Origin: Pyrinomonadaceae bacterium | GTDB taxonomy: Bacteria > Acidobacteriota > Blastocatellia > Pyrinomonadales > Pyrinomonadaceae | Direction of reading: 5' to 3' | Assembly: GCA_036400075.1 (NCBI GenBank) | Contig: DASWLV010000225.1 | Location: 500-64,499 of the forward strand | DNA: 64,000 nt | Shown: one piece after another, positions 35,998 to 45,856 of the stretch | How the letters are laid out: the number at the start of each line of letters is the position of its first letter | Numbering within the stretch: position 1 is the first letter of the stretch | Translations under genes and position numbers: made by a program | Notes under the pieces: model-generated | Seen by the model: only the letters and a program-made list of their open reading frames with translations | What the model was told of the DNA's origin: nothing | The model's database searches: none

Positions 35998-36815
35998 TTG
36001 ATAAAATCGAAAAACGCTTTTTGCAGTTTTCGGGCGGTGTCGTTTTGATAAATTTTGTCGTTAAATTTTCTCGCCGAACGAATTTCGATTCCGGCTGAAG
36101 TCAGAAAAATCTCGTCCGCCGCTCCAAGCTCTTCAATTCCGGCGGCAGTTTCGGAAATTTGCAGATTCAAGTTTTTTGCCAAATCGAAAATTAAATTTCG
36201 AGTCGTTCCCGCCAAAGCTCCTGTTTCAAGACCGGACGTAAAAATCCGCCCGTTTTTTGTCCAAAACAAATTGGCGAGACATGCTGAAACCGTTTCGCCG
36301 CGCTCGTTGAGCCGCACGGCTTCGTCGCAGCCCTGCGCTTTTGCCGTTTCGAGCGCGAGTAGATTTTCCAGATAATTACAGCTTTTGACGCCCGCCAGCG
36401 GCGAAGCGGAATTAACCAAAAACGGCGAAACGTTTAAGATTAAATCGTTACTTGCTTCTTTTTTGTCGGCGGTTATTATTAAAACGGACGTTTTTCGCTT
36501 GCCCGAAAAATTCCAGAGAGCGCCGCCGCTTGCGTCGAACAATGTAATTCTGGCGCGCCCGGTTTCGATTTTGTTTGCCGCGATTAAATCAAAAAGCGTT
36601 TCCTCAAAGCCGGAAATCTCGCTTAAATCCAGATTGATTTTCGCCGCGTGACCGCGCAATCTGCGCAAATGCTCGCTCAAAAGGAACGGTTTTCGGTTGT
36701 AAATCGCCAGCGTCGTAAAAACTCCGCGCCCGTAAAAAGCAGCAGATGACGCGGCGGGCAAATTTGCGTCGCCGGCTTTTAAAATTTTTCCGTTGTAAAC
36801 GACCGATTCGTGCAA
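35994..36815 (-). CDS. Class IV aminotransferase (aminodeoxychorismate lyase / branched-chain aminotransferase-like)
   Basis: AAFYGRGVFTTL...HLRRL...VKSCNYLENLLA...EAVRLNERGE is present. It uses a TTG start. Confidence 0.7.
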   Translation of the reverse strand: MHESVVYNGKILKAGDANLPAASSAAFYGRGVFTTLAIYNRKPFLLSEHLRRLRGHAAKINLDLSEISGFEETLFDLIAANKIETGRARITLFDASGGALWNFSGKRKTSVLIITADKKEASNDLILNVSPFLVNSASPLAGVKSCNYLENLLALETAKAQGCDEAVRLNERGETVSACLANLFWTKNGRIFTSGLETGALAGTTRNLIFDLAKNLNLQISETAAGIEELGAADEIFLTSAGIEIRSARKFNDKIYQNDTARKLQKAFFDFIN

Positions 36816-36920
36816 AACAGTTTGACGTGAAAATTTTTAATGCTATTTTAACCCAAATGCAAAATTAAAAGTTTTCGCGCCGCGATTGTTAATTTTAATT
36901 TCGATGATTTCTGGAAAACA

Positions 36921-37784
36921 ATGAATCAAAGTCCGGTTTCAAGACGAAAATTTTCTTCTCGCTGGCGGGAAATCAAATCTTCGCCTCATCCGTTCAAAAC
37001 GCTGGCGGCGGGCGTTTCGCGCGCCGCGCGGAGAGCGATTAACGAATCGAAAAATCTAATCATAGAAGAACAAATAATTTATCTCGAACGCCTTCCGCGC
37101 GAAATGGACGGTCTGCGCATCGTACAGCTTTCCGATGTTCATCACAGCCGTTTTATTGACGCCGAGCAGATAAAAGATTCGGTCGAAATTGCCAACTATT
37201 TAAGACCGGACATCACGGTTTTAACCGGCGATTACGTATCGCATGGAACTGATTATATTGCTCCGGTGGCGGATATTTTGGGCGAATTACGCGCGCCGCA
37301 AGGTGTTTACGCGGTTCTCGGAAATCACGATTATCGAACGGATGCGCGTTTGATAACCGATTTGTTTCGCGCCGAAGGCATTCGAGTTTTAGTTAACGAA
37401 GGCTTGCATTTAACGAAAAACGGCGCGACTCTTTGGCTTTGCGGCGTTGACGATACGCTTTACGGAGCGCCGGATTTGGAGCTTGCTCTGGCGGGTTCGC
37501 GCCCGACTGAATTTAAGTTCTTGCTGTGTCACAATCCGGCAATTTTGCGGCGAGCCGCCGCAGTCGGCGTTGACTTAATCGTTTCGGGACACACGCACGG
37601 CGGGCAAGTCCGTCTGCGCTCTACGGAAGAGAATCTGATTTTGCCGCGTCGCCCGCGCGCAAGCGGTTTGTTGCAGCGGGGCGGGGCGCAAATTTATATT
37701 TCGCGCGGCATCGGAACGGTTGTTTTACCATTTCGTTATCAATGCCCGCCGGAAATCAGTCTTTTGGAATTGCGAAAAGCATAA
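36921..37784 (+). CDS. Metallophosphoesterase (YkuE-like)
   Basis: LSDVHH, GDYVSHG, GNHDY and GHTHGGQ are present. Confidence 0.85.
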   Translation: MNQSPVSRRKFSSRWREIKSSPHPFKTLAAGVSRAARRAINESKNLIIEEQIIYLERLPREMDGLRIVQLSDVHHSRFIDAEQIKDSVEIANYLRPDITVLTGDYVSHGTDYIAPVADILGELRAPQGVYAVLGNHDYRTDARLITDLFRAEGIRVLVNEGLHLTKNGATLWLCGVDDTLYGAPDLELALAGSRPTEFKFLLCHNPAILRRAAAVGVDLIVSGHTHGGQVRLRSTEENLILPRRPRASGLLQRGGAQIYISRGIGTVVLPFRYQCPPEISLLELRKA

Positions 37785-37820
37785 AAGAAATTATATTTTA
37801 TTGGGCAGTTTTCATCTGCT

Positions 37821-38381
37821 ATGACCTTCGCCAACCTGATTACACTTTTGCGAATCGTTTTGATACCGCTTTTTGTTTCGCTGCTTTTCTACCAAAAATT
37901 CGGTTGGGCTTTACTGACTTTTCTCATCGCTGGCATTTCCGACGGAATTGACGGAGCAATTGCGCGTACCTTTAATCAATCATCTGAGCTGGGCAAAATT
38001 CTCGATCCGATTGCCGACAAACTTTTGATGACAACGGCTTTTATCGTTTTGAGTCTCCCAACAATCATTACGGGCGAAAATCTGCCCGTTCCGTTTTGGT
38101 TGACGGCTACCGTCATCGCCCGCGATGTGTTGATAGTTTCAGTTGCCGGAGCGATTTTTGTCGCGACCAGTTTTCGCGGTTTTCGCCCTTCTTTCTGGGG
38201 AAAAGTCAGCACTCTTGTTCAGGTTTTCGGCGTAGGTCTGATTTTGGTCGCCGCCGCTTTTCAACAACTCGCGTTTTATCTGCCTCTCGTTTACTTTGCA
38301 ATCTTTCTTTTAACCGCAATTTCGGGAATTCATTACATATTTTTTGTCAATAAATTGATTAGACAACAAAATCAAAAATAA
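37821..38381 (+). CDS. pgsA: CDP-alcohol phosphatidyltransferase (phosphatidylglycerophosphate synthase-like)
   Basis: It has DGIDGAIAR-x8-GKILDPIADK, the CDP-alcohol transferase signature, and is polytopic. Confidence 0.85.
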   Translation: MTFANLITLLRIVLIPLFVSLLFYQKFGWALLTFLIAGISDGIDGAIARTFNQSSELGKILDPIADKLLMTTAFIVLSLPTIITGENLPVPFWLTATVIARDVLIVSVAGAIFVATSFRGFRPSFWGKVSTLVQVFGVGLILVAAAFQQLAFYLPLVYFAIFLLTAISGIHYIFFVNKLIRQQNQK

Positions 38382-38445
38382 ATATAACCGCTATTTTAGG
38401 CAATTTAATCTAAAAAGAGTTGGTTGAGTTTTGTGGTATAAGAAA

Positions 38446-38466
38446 CTTGACAATAATACACTCAAA
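38446..38466. promoter_or_regulatory. HAIR-like HspR operator overlapping the dnaK -35 element
   Basis: The sequence is CTTGACA-ATAATAC-ACTCAAA, against the HAIR consensus CTTGAGT-N7-ACTCAAG. TTGACA lies at 38447-38452, and hspR is encoded at the end of the same operon. Confidence 0.5.
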
Positions 38467-38522
38467 TATTATTCTTGTAATTGATTCAACTAGGTTGAAA
38501 AGTAATTTGGAGTAACAAGTTT

Positions 38523-40466
38523 ATGAGCAAAATTATCGGTATTGACTTAGGTACGACAAACTCGGTCGTCGCCGTAATGGAAGGCGGCGAGCCGGTGGTT
38601 ATCACTAATGAAGAAGGCGGCAGAACGACGCCTTCGGTTGTCGCTTTTACGAAAGACGGCAATCGTCTGGTCGGTCAGGTGGCAAAACGCCAAGCCGTGA
38701 CCAACCCGGAAAATACGGTTTATTCGATTAAGCGTTTTATGGGACGACGCTTTGAAGAAGTTTCGGAAGAAAAGAAACAAGTCCCGTATAAAGCCGAACG
38801 TGCAGGAAACGGCGACGTGCGAGTCGCCGCAGGCGGCAAAGATTACAGCCCGCCGGAGATTTCCGCAATGATTCTGCAAAAATTGAAAAAAGCTGCGGAA
38901 GATTATCTCGGCGCGAAAGTTGATCGAGCGGTTATCACGGTTCCGGCTTATTTTAACGACGCGCAACGCCAGGCGACCAAAGACGCGGGTAAAATCGCCG
39001 GTCTCGAAGTGATGCGAATTGTCAACGAACCGACGGCGGCGGCTTTAGCTTACGGTCTCGATAAGAAAAAAGACGAGATGATCGCCGTCTTCGATTTCGG
39101 CGGCGGAACATTTGATATTTCGGTTCTCGAAGTCGGCGAAGGCGTCGTCGAAGTTAAATCCACGAACGGCGATACGCATCTTGGCGGCGACGACGTTGAC
39201 GAAGCCTTGATTAAATGGATTATCGAAGAATTCAAACGCGATCAGGGGATTGATTTGTCGCAGGACAAAATGGCTTTGCAGCGCCTGAAAGAAGCGGCGG
39301 AAAAAGCGAAAATCGAGCTATCGAGCGCAATGCAGACCGATGTCAATTTGCCGTTTATCACGGCTGATGCGTCCGGTCCGAAGCACTTGAATATGTCGCT
39401 CACGCGATCCAAATTCGAACAGCTCGTTGACCCGATTTTGCAGCGGCTGATGCCGCCGGTCGAACAGGCAATCAAAGACGCCGGTTTGACGAAAGATAAA
39501 ATTGAAGAAATCGTCCTCGTCGGCGGTTCGACCAGAATTCCGAAAGTGCAGGAAATGGTCAAAAACTTCTTCGGTAAAGAGCCGAACAAAACGGTTAACC
39601 CTGACGAAGTCGTCGCTCTCGGCGCGGCTGTTCAGGCGGGCGTTTTGGGCGGCGAAAAAACGGATATTCTGTTGCTCGATGTAACGCCGCTTTCGCTCGG
39701 AATCGAAACTCTGGGCGGCGTAGCGACGAAACTGATCGAGCGCAACACGACGATTCCGACGCGCAAATCGGAGATTTTCTCCACCGCTTCGGATAACCAA
39801 ACGTCGGTCGAAGTTCACGTCATTCAAGGCGAGCGCCCGATGGCTGCGGACAATAAAACGCTCGGCAAATTCCATCTTGTCGGAATTCCGCCCGCACCGC
39901 GCGGAATGCCGCAAGTCGAAGTCACGTTTGACATTGACGCCAACGGTATCGTCAACGTCTCGGCGAAAGATTTGGGCACGGGACGCGAGCAGAAGATTAC
40001 GATCACGGCTTCGTCGGGTCTGTCGAAAGACGAAATTGACCGGATGATGAAAGACGCCGACGCGCACTCGTCTGAAGACGCCAAGCGCCGCGAAGCGATT
40101 GAAGCCAAAAACCGGCTTGACGGTCTCGTTTATCAAGTTGAAAAAACTTATAACGAGAACAAAGAAAAGCTCGACCAAGCTTCGGCGACCGAACTTGAAG
40201 AAGCTCTCAGTGAATCGCGGACGGCTTTAAACTCAAACGACGCCGAGCCGATGAACAATGCTTTCAGCCGTTTGCAAACTGCTTCGCACAAACTCGCTGA
40301 AGTGCTCTACAATCAGCAAAGCGCGAGCGGCGGTCAAACAACCGGCGACGAGCAGGCTTCATCAGCCGGAGCGGGCGCGAGTGGCTCAACCGGCGGTAAC
40401 GCCGGCGGCGGAGCTGATGATGTAATTGACGCAGAATATGTTGATGTTGACAACGATAAAAAGTAA
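38523..40466 (+). CDS. dnaK: Molecular chaperone DnaK (Hsp70)
   Basis: It has the canonical [17 protein letters not shown] and [10 protein letters not shown], and a C-terminal Gly/Ala-rich tail ending in an EYVDVD-type sequence. Confidence 0.97.
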   Translation: MSKIIGIDLGTTNSVVAVMEGGEPVVITNEEGGRTTPSVVAFTKDGNRLVGQVAKRQAVTNPENTVYSIKRFMGRRFEEVSEEKKQVPYKAERAGNGDVRVAAGGKDYSPPEISAMILQKLKKAAEDYLGAKVDRAVITVPAYFNDAQRQATKDAGKIAGLEVMRIVNEPTAAALAYGLDKKKDEMIAVFDFGGGTFDISVLEVGEGVVEVKSTNGDTHLGGDDVDEALIKWIIEEFKRDQGIDLSQDKMALQRLKEAAEKAKIELSSAMQTDVNLPFITADASGPKHLNMSLTRSKFEQLVDPILQRLMPPVEQAIKDAGLTKDKIEEIVLVGGSTRIPKVQEMVKNFFGKEPNKTVNPDEVVALGAAVQAGVLGGEKTDILLLDVTPLSLGIETLGGVATKLIERNTTIPTRKSEIFSTASDNQTSVEVHVIQGERPMAADNKTLGKFHLVGIPPAPRGMPQVEVTFDIDANGIVNVSAKDLGTGREQKITITASSGLSKDEIDRMMKDADAHSSEDAKRREAIEAKNRLDGLVYQVEKTYNENKEKLDQASATELEEALSESRTALNSNDAEPMNNAFSRLQTASHKLAEVLYNQQSASGGQTTGDEQASSAGAGASGSTGGNAGGGADDVIDAEYVDVDNDKK

Positions 40467-40534
40467 GCAGTAAGCGGTGAGCAGTGAGCAGAAAACAGTT
40501 CTGCTGCTCACTGCTTACGGCTCATCGCTCACTG
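40467..40534. repeat. Inverted heptamer arrays (GCAGTGA-type / CTCACTG-type) forming a long hairpin in the dnaK-dnaJ spacer
   Basis: Left units are gcagtaa gcggtga gcagtga gcagaaa (40467-40494). Right units are ctcactg cttacgg ctcatcg ctcactg (40507-40534). There is an 11-bp perfect core (40481-40491 with 40504-40514), and imperfect pairing extends out to 40467/40528. Confidence 0.75.
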
Positions 40535-40539
40535 TAGAA

Positions 40540-41718
40540 ATGGCAGCAAATAACAAACAAGATTACTACCAGCTTCTGGGTGTAAAAAAAGACGCGACGG
40601 CGGAGGAAATTAAAAAAGCCTACCGCCGTTTGGCGCGAAAATATCACCCTGACGTTAATCCGAACGACAAATCTTCGGAAGAAAAATTCAAACAAATTAC
40701 CGAAGCCAATGACGTTCTGACCGACGAAAAGAAGCGTAAGGTTTACGACCGTTTTGGTTATTATTCGGACAATTTGTCCGAAGCCGATTTGAAAAATCCG
40801 TTTGCCGGTGCAGCCGGGCGCGGCGCTGGCGGTGCAGGCGGTTTTGATTTTTCCGGTTTTAATTGGGAATCGGGCGGCGGCACAACAAGTACGGGCGGCG
40901 GTTTTAGCGATATTTTCGAGACTCTGTTCGGCAAGGGCAAAGGTAAAGAAGCCGAACCGCCGCGCCCCGAACCGAAAAAAGGCGAGGACATCGAAATGCC
41001 GCTCGCCCTCTCGTTTGAAGAAGCATTTCGCGGTTTGACGACGAATATTACCGTCAACCGTTCCGTTCAATGTTCGCGCTGTCAGGGCGCGGGCGATATG
41101 GGCGGAGCGCTCGTAACTTGTACGACCTGCAACGGTACGGGACAAGTTCGGCGAACGGGCGGACGGCTTGAATTTCAGCAATCTTGCCCGGATTGCGGCG
41201 GCACCGGAAAACGCCGTCCGCCTTGTCCGCTGTGTCACGGTAAAGGCGTCACGCCGGTTTCCGAGCAGGTAAAAGTCAGGATTCCGCCCGGCGTTGATAC
41301 CGGTTCGCGCGTGCGCGTTCCGGGCAAAGGTCAGGGCGGCAGACTCGGCGCGCAGCCCGGCGATTTATTTATCGTCACGCGTGTCGGCGAGCATAAATTT
41401 TTAACGCGCAAAGGCGAAAACGTTTATGTCACCGTGCCAATTACAGTTTCGGAAGCGGCTTTGGGCGCGAAAATCGAAGTTCCGACCGTAGAAGGAAAAG
41501 CGCAGCTTAAAATTCCGCCCGGAACGCAAAGCGGGCAAAAATTTCGTCTCCGCGAGCGCGGTTTTCCCAGTTTAAGAAATCCGCAGGCGCGCGGCGATCA
41601 ATTTATCGAAGTGCAAATTACGCTGCCGAAGATAATTTCGGAAGAAACAAAAGACATTTTGCGCCAATTTGAACGCGCTAATCCCGAAAATCCGCGCAAA
41701 GCAATGGGACTCGAATAG
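40540..41718 (+). CDS. dnaJ: Molecular chaperone DnaJ
   Basis: It has the J-domain DYYQLLGV...[17 protein letters not shown], a G/F-rich linker and four CxxCxGxG zinc motifs. The start was taken at ATG 40540. The ORF-track GTG 40477 would translate the hairpin. Confidence 0.95.
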   Translation: MAANNKQDYYQLLGVKKDATAEEIKKAYRRLARKYHPDVNPNDKSSEEKFKQITEANDVLTDEKKRKVYDRFGYYSDNLSEADLKNPFAGAAGRGAGGAGGFDFSGFNWESGGGTTSTGGGFSDIFETLFGKGKGKEAEPPRPEPKKGEDIEMPLALSFEEAFRGLTTNITVNRSVQCSRCQGAGDMGGALVTCTTCNGTGQVRRTGGRLEFQQSCPDCGGTGKRRPPCPLCHGKGVTPVSEQVKVRIPPGVDTGSRVRVPGKGQGGRLGAQPGDLFIVTRVGEHKFLTRKGENVYVTVPITVSEAALGAKIEVPTVEGKAQLKIPPGTQSGQKFRLRERGFPSLRNPQARGDQFIEVQITLPKIISEETKDILRQFERANPENPRKAMGLE

Positions 41719-41720
41719 AA

Positions 41721-41791
41721 CAGTTATCAGTTATCAGTGAACAGTCAACAAAACGGCTGATAACTGATAACTGATAACTGATAACTGACAA
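41721..41791. repeat. Inverted heptamer arrays (CAGTTAT-type / CTGATAA x4) filling the dnaJ-hspR spacer
   Basis: The sequence is cagttat cagttat cagtgaa cagtcaa caaaacgg ctgataa x4 ctgacaa. The array begins 2 nt after the dnaJ stop and ends 1 nt before the hspR GTG. Confidence 0.8.
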
Positions 41792-41792
41792 A

Positions 41793-42191
41793 GTGAAACG
41801 TAAAGCTAAAACTTATACAATCAGCGCAGTCGCCGAAATGTACGAGCTTCATCCGCAAACTTTGCGGCTTTACGAGCGCGAAGGTCTTCTTAAACCGTCT
41901 CGTTCCGAAGGCAATACTCGCCTTTATACCGACCCTGATTTGGAGCGGTTGGAAATCATTTTATCCTTAACCAGAGATTTGGGCGTTAATCTGGCGGGCG
42001 TCGAAATTATTTTAAATATGCGCCAGAAAATGGACGAGATGCAGCGCGAATTTGAACGGTTTTTCGAATATTTGCGAACTCACGCCCGCGAGTTTTCACA
42101 GCCGCCGAGCGATACGGACAGCGAAGCGCTGGTGCCTTCGATCCGACTTAACATTTTACAAAGAATAAACAGCAGAGAAAGCGACGAATAA
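41793..42191 (+). CDS. hspR: MerR-family heat-shock repressor HspR
   Basis: YTISAVAEMYELHPQTLRLYEREGLLKPSRSEGNTRLY is a MerR HTH. The gene sits directly after dnaK-dnaJ, as in actinobacterial and Helicobacter hspR operons. Confidence 0.8.
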   Translation: MKRKAKTYTISAVAEMYELHPQTLRLYEREGLLKPSRSEGNTRLYTDPDLERLEIILSLTRDLGVNLAGVEIILNMRQKMDEMQREFERFFEYLRTHAREFSQPPSDTDSEALVPSIRLNILQRINSRESDE

Positions 42192-42316
42192 AAGAGTTTC
42201 GCGCGCCGACCGAATTGCCTTCCGCCTTTTTGTTTTCGCTCCTTTACAAAAGAGGCATACTGTTAGAAAATAACAACTTTGAATTTCTAGCCTCAAACCT
42301 AACTTGGAGAAATTTT

Positions 42317-45300
42317 ATGTATCTCAATGCGACCGTTCTGCGGTTTTGTCTATTGATTTTTACTGCTTTATTTTTGTTTTCTTTTAACTTTAATCAAGCG
42401 ATTTATGCTCAAGACCTGGATGAAGTGACGATTTCCGGTCGCGTCGCCGATCAAAACGGCGCGATTATTCCGGGCGCGACCGTCACGGCTATTCTGGTCG
42501 GCGAAAACGTCGAACGCACCGTGACGGCTGACGAGGAAGGTCGTTTCCGAATCATCGAACTCAAACCCGGCGTTTACAATTTGCGCGCGACAGCCACGAA
42601 TTTCGGGACGCAGGAGAAAAACGAATTAACGACGATTTCCGGTCAAAACGTGCAGCTCGATTTTACGCTCGCGCCCGCCGGAGTCAGCGTAGAAACGGTC
42701 GTTGTTAACGACGATACCGCGCCCGCCGTTGATACGACCAGAACGGTTGTCGGCGGCACGGTAACGCAGCGCGAGATCGAAGAATTGCCGAACAACACGC
42801 GCAACCCGCTCGATCTGGTTTTTACTTTGGGCGGAGTGACGGAAGAACCGCTTTCGACTCGTGATTTGTCGGGCGACAGAGGAACGCGCGGATCAATCGC
42901 TCAGGGAAACACGCCGGAAGAAGCAGGAACTTTTGCTTTGTCCGGCGGCGCGGCTTATTCAAACAACATCACGATTGATGGACTCGATAACAACGACGAC
43001 CGCACAGCCGGTTTTCGTTTTCAGCCTTCGATTGAATCAATCGCCGAAGTTCAGGTTGTCACCAATCAATTTTCCGCCGAATACGGTCGCGCATCGGGCG
43101 GTCGCGTCAATCTTCGCACACGCACCGGGAGCAATAAATTTCACGGACGCGGCTTTTTCTTTTACCGCGATTCCGAATTAAACGCCAACACCTGGAACAA
43201 TAATCGTCGCGGCATCGAACGCCCGCCGTTTACAAACTACAATCCGGGGGCGACTTTGAGCGGTCCGATTGTCAAAAATAAATTATTTTTCTTCTCGGCT
43301 TACGAATTCGACAAAATTCAGGAAGATACGATTATTGACGTTTATCTCCCGATCAATAATACGTCGCGTTTCACTTTGCCCGCGCCGACAAATCCTTCGC
43401 AGGCGTTTGTCTCGAACACCGGAAACAACTTCGTTCTGATCGCGCCGTATATTCAAGCGGTTGACACGCCTTCGCGGAGACATACTTTTTCGACTCGTAT
43501 TGATTGGAATTTGAACAACGCCAATAGTTTTACTTTTGGTTATCAATTAGGGCGTTCAAACGATTTACGCCAGTTCAGCGGAACAAATCGCCTCGCAGAC
43601 GCTCTGATCGGGCGCATCCGCAACACCGACGGATTCAACGCCACGCATAATTTGATCGTCAGCCCGAAAACCGTCAATCAATTCCGTTTTCAATATTCAT
43701 CGCTGCGTCCGACTTCGACACCGAATGCCGGAGAAACTGCGCCCGTGATTCTGGTCAGCGGTTTTACGCCGCCGGACGAGGCTTTTTCGGCAACGCAAAC
43801 TTTCGGCGCTTCGACTTCAGGTTCGAGCGACCGCAAGGAAAATCGCTTTCAATTTCAAGACACTCTGACGCAAATTGTCGGCGATCACAGCTTAAAATTC
43901 GGAGCCGATTATCAGCGTGTTAATACTCGCTATATTGACCGTTTCGATGCGACGGGAACTTATCGTTTCTCCAACTTCTTCTTTTTCGGTCAAAATTCGG
44001 TGACGAGCTTTCAGCAAAATTTCAACACCGAATCGGAAGTAAAAAACAACTATTTCGGCATTTTCGGGCAGGACGATTGGCGCATTCGCCCCAATTTGAC
44101 GCTCAGCTTAGGCGTACGCTACGAGCGCGAAACCGTCGTTGACGACAATAATAATTTCGGTCCGCGCGCTGCAATCGCTTGGAATCCATTCAAAGGCGAA
44201 AAAACCGTGATTCGCGCAGGTGCGGGAATTTTCTACAACCGCGTTTTGCTCCGCACGGTTGACGATTTCACTGCCGGAGCGCAGGAACTGCGTTTCGACA
44301 CGAGAAACCGTTTTCCGAGCGATGTTACGTTCAATCTCATTCGCGATTTCTTCAGCCAGCGATTCCCGAATCCGGTTACGCTCGACACGGCTATTCCGAT
44401 TAACGCCGCCGGCGCAACCAGAACAGTTCGTGAATTATCACGTCCCGGCGCTTTCCGCGAGCTTGACCCGGACATCAAGATTCCCGAAAGCTACCAGTTC
44501 AACATCGGTTTCGAGCGCGAAATTTTCAAGGGAATCACGTTTGAAACAAACTTTACGCTCAACAAAACGATTCACCTGTGGCGCGAATACAACGCCAACG
44601 CGCCGGCTCTGCCCGCCGGAACGCCGGACAGAAGCGGAGACGGGCAAGTAACTTTTACTGACTATCTGCTCGGAATCAATTCCGGCATTTCACGTTTTGT
44701 TCTCGGTTCGCAGACCGATGATGTCGGGTTGACGAGCTTAACGGGCGGAGCCTGTACGGGCTTTACGCAAACCTGCATCGTCAATCTCAATTCGTCGCAA
44801 AACCGTTCTGATTGCGATTCGGCTCTCGATCCAATCGGAGCGCCGACGCTTTCGCCGATCTGCCGCGCGCTCGCGGCGGTTCAATTGCTCCGTCCGGCGG
44901 AGTTTCAGAACCAAGGGATTTATACTCAATTCGAGCGCGTCGCTTCAATCGGCAACAGCTTTTACAAAGGCGCGACGTTTGAACTCAGAAATCGTTTTCG
45001 TCAATTCGGCGGCGGCTTCGGCGGCGCGATGCGTCTCGTTTACACTTTGTCGAGCCTGAAAGACGACGGCATCGTCAACACTTCTTCGGCTCAAATCGTC
45101 GGCGACTTTTCTTCTGAATATTCGCGCAGCTTGCTCGACCGGCGACATCGCATCGCGTTTTCAGGCACTTTCGACACGCCTTATTGGCTCGGCAAATTGC
45201 GCCTGTCGCCGCTTTTCCGGTTCGGTTCGAGCGCGCCGTTCAATCTTTCCGTAGGCGGAAACGACCGCAATCTGGACGATGTCGGAAACGACCGCCCCAA

Positions 45301-45685
45301 TTTCAGCGGCGATTTGGATAGCATCACCTGGCGGCAATTCGGCACGGCTTTCTCGCCCCAAGTGGCGGCTCAATTTTCACAGCCGACCATCGGCAGCCCT
45401 GGAAATCTGCCGCGCAATGCCGGAAACGGTCCGCGACAATACATCTTTGATTTAAACGTCAGCCGCCAATTCAACATCGGCGAAAGATTCCGCATTCGTC
45501 CGTCAGCCGAATTCGGCAACATTTTGAATATGGCAGTGTTTAGCTTCGGCTCGAATTTTATCAACTTTGACGGGTTAAACTCGACAAACGCGATTACGCG
45601 CCGAAACGCTCAAGATGTTTTCCTGGCTCCGACGCGCACATTGCGCCCTCGCCAGGTTCGATTCGGGCTTCGCGTCGAGTTTTAA
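42317..45685 (+). CDS. TonB-dependent receptor with a carboxypeptidase-regulatory-like domain (about 1120 aa)
   Basis: It has a signal peptide, ISGRVADQNGAIIPGATV...GRFRIIELKPGVYNL, plug-like ITIDGLDNND, and the C-terminal VRFGLRVEF. ATG 42317 has GGAGA upstream. Confidence 0.85.
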   Translation: MYLNATVLRFCLLIFTALFLFSFNFNQAIYAQDLDEVTISGRVADQNGAIIPGATVTAILVGENVERTVTADEEGRFRIIELKPGVYNLRATATNFGTQEKNELTTISGQNVQLDFTLAPAGVSVETVVVNDDTAPAVDTTRTVVGGTVTQREIEELPNNTRNPLDLVFTLGGVTEEPLSTRDLSGDRGTRGSIAQGNTPEEAGTFALSGGAAYSNNITIDGLDNNDDRTAGFRFQPSIESIAEVQVVTNQFSAEYGRASGGRVNLRTRTGSNKFHGRGFFFYRDSELNANTWNNNRRGIERPPFTNYNPGATLSGPIVKNKLFFFSAYEFDKIQEDTIIDVYLPINNTSRFTLPAPTNPSQAFVSNTGNNFVLIAPYIQAVDTPSRRHTFSTRIDWNLNNANSFTFGYQLGRSNDLRQFSGTNRLADALIGRIRNTDGFNATHNLIVSPKTVNQFRFQYSSLRPTSTPNAGETAPVILVSGFTPPDEAFSATQTFGASTSGSSDRKENRFQFQDTLTQIVGDHSLKFGADYQRVNTRYIDRFDATGTYRFSNFFFFGQNSVTSFQQNFNTESEVKNNYFGIFGQDDWRIRPNLTLSLGVRYERETVVDDNNNFGPRAAIAWNPFKGEKTVIRAGAGIFYNRVLLRTVDDFTAGAQELRFDTRNRFPSDVTFNLIRDFFSQRFPNPVTLDTAIPINAAGATRTVRELSRPGAFRELDPDIKIPESYQFNIGFEREIFKGITFETNFTLNKTIHLWREYNANAPALPAGTPDRSGDGQVTFTDYLLGINSGISRFVLGSQTDDVGLTSLTGGACTGFTQTCIVNLNSSQNRSDCDSALDPIGAPTLSPICRALAAVQLLRPAEFQNQGIYTQFERVASIGNSFYKGATFELRNRFRQFGGGFGGAMRLVYTLSSLKDDGIVNTSSAQIVGDFSSEYSRSLLDRRHRIAFSGTFDTPYWLGKLRLSPLFRFGSSAPFNLSVGGNDRNLDDVGNDRPNFSGDLDSITWRQFGTAFSPQVAAQFSQPTIGSPGNLPRNAGNGPRQYIFDLNVSRQFNIGERFRIRPSAEFGNILNMAVFSFGSNFINFDGLNSTNAITRRNAQDVFLAPTRTLRPRQVRFGLRVEF

Positions 45686-45710
45686 TCAAAGGAAACAGCG
45701 AATAAAAAAA

Positions 45711-45747
45711 CTCCGGCGTTTGAAATTTCAAACGCCGGAGTTTTTTT
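45711..45747 (+). terminator. Rho-independent terminator of receptor gene 2
   Basis: ctccggcgtttgaaa pairs with tttcaaacgccggag, followed by a T7 run. Confidence 0.8.
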
Positions 45748-45856
45748 ATTTGAAAATTTTGTGTGACTAACTCGGTTGGTTCGGGTTATTATTAACAAAG
45801 CTGCGCGTTTCCCTCGCGCTGTAATTTGTCTCGCCGTTTCATTCCAAGTTTGTCAG

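Noticed and set aside
38382-38522. CIRCE/HrcA operator upstream of dnaK
   Set aside because: There is no TTAGCACTC-N9-GAGTGCTAA-like inverted repeat. The HAIR-like repeat and the hspR gene explain regulation better.
39318-40178. 286-aa minus-strand ORF inside dnaK (also 38547-38966 and 39242-39589)
   Set aside because: It is antisense to the canonical Hsp70 coding sequence. This is the well-known long antisense frame of dnaK and does not indicate a gene.
40477-40539. N-terminal extension of dnaJ from GTG 40477 as given in the ORF track
   Set aside because: It would translate the heptamer hairpin ([20 protein letters not shown]). J-domains start a few residues before DYYxxLGV, so ATG 40540 is preferred.
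40522-41238. 238-aa minus-strand ORF inside dnaJ
   Set aside because: It is a shadow ORF opposite the J-domain and zinc-finger coding sequence.
41757-41791. CRISPR-like array (regular short repeats)
   Set aside because: The units are contiguous 7-mers without spacers and there are no cas genes, so this is a microsatellite-type tandem repeat and not CRISPR.
45655-45675. tRNA T-arm-like GGTTCGATTC near the end of receptor gene 2
   Set aside because: It lies inside the conserved C-terminal beta-strand coding sequence (QVRFGLRVEF). No acceptor or anticodon stems can be built around it.
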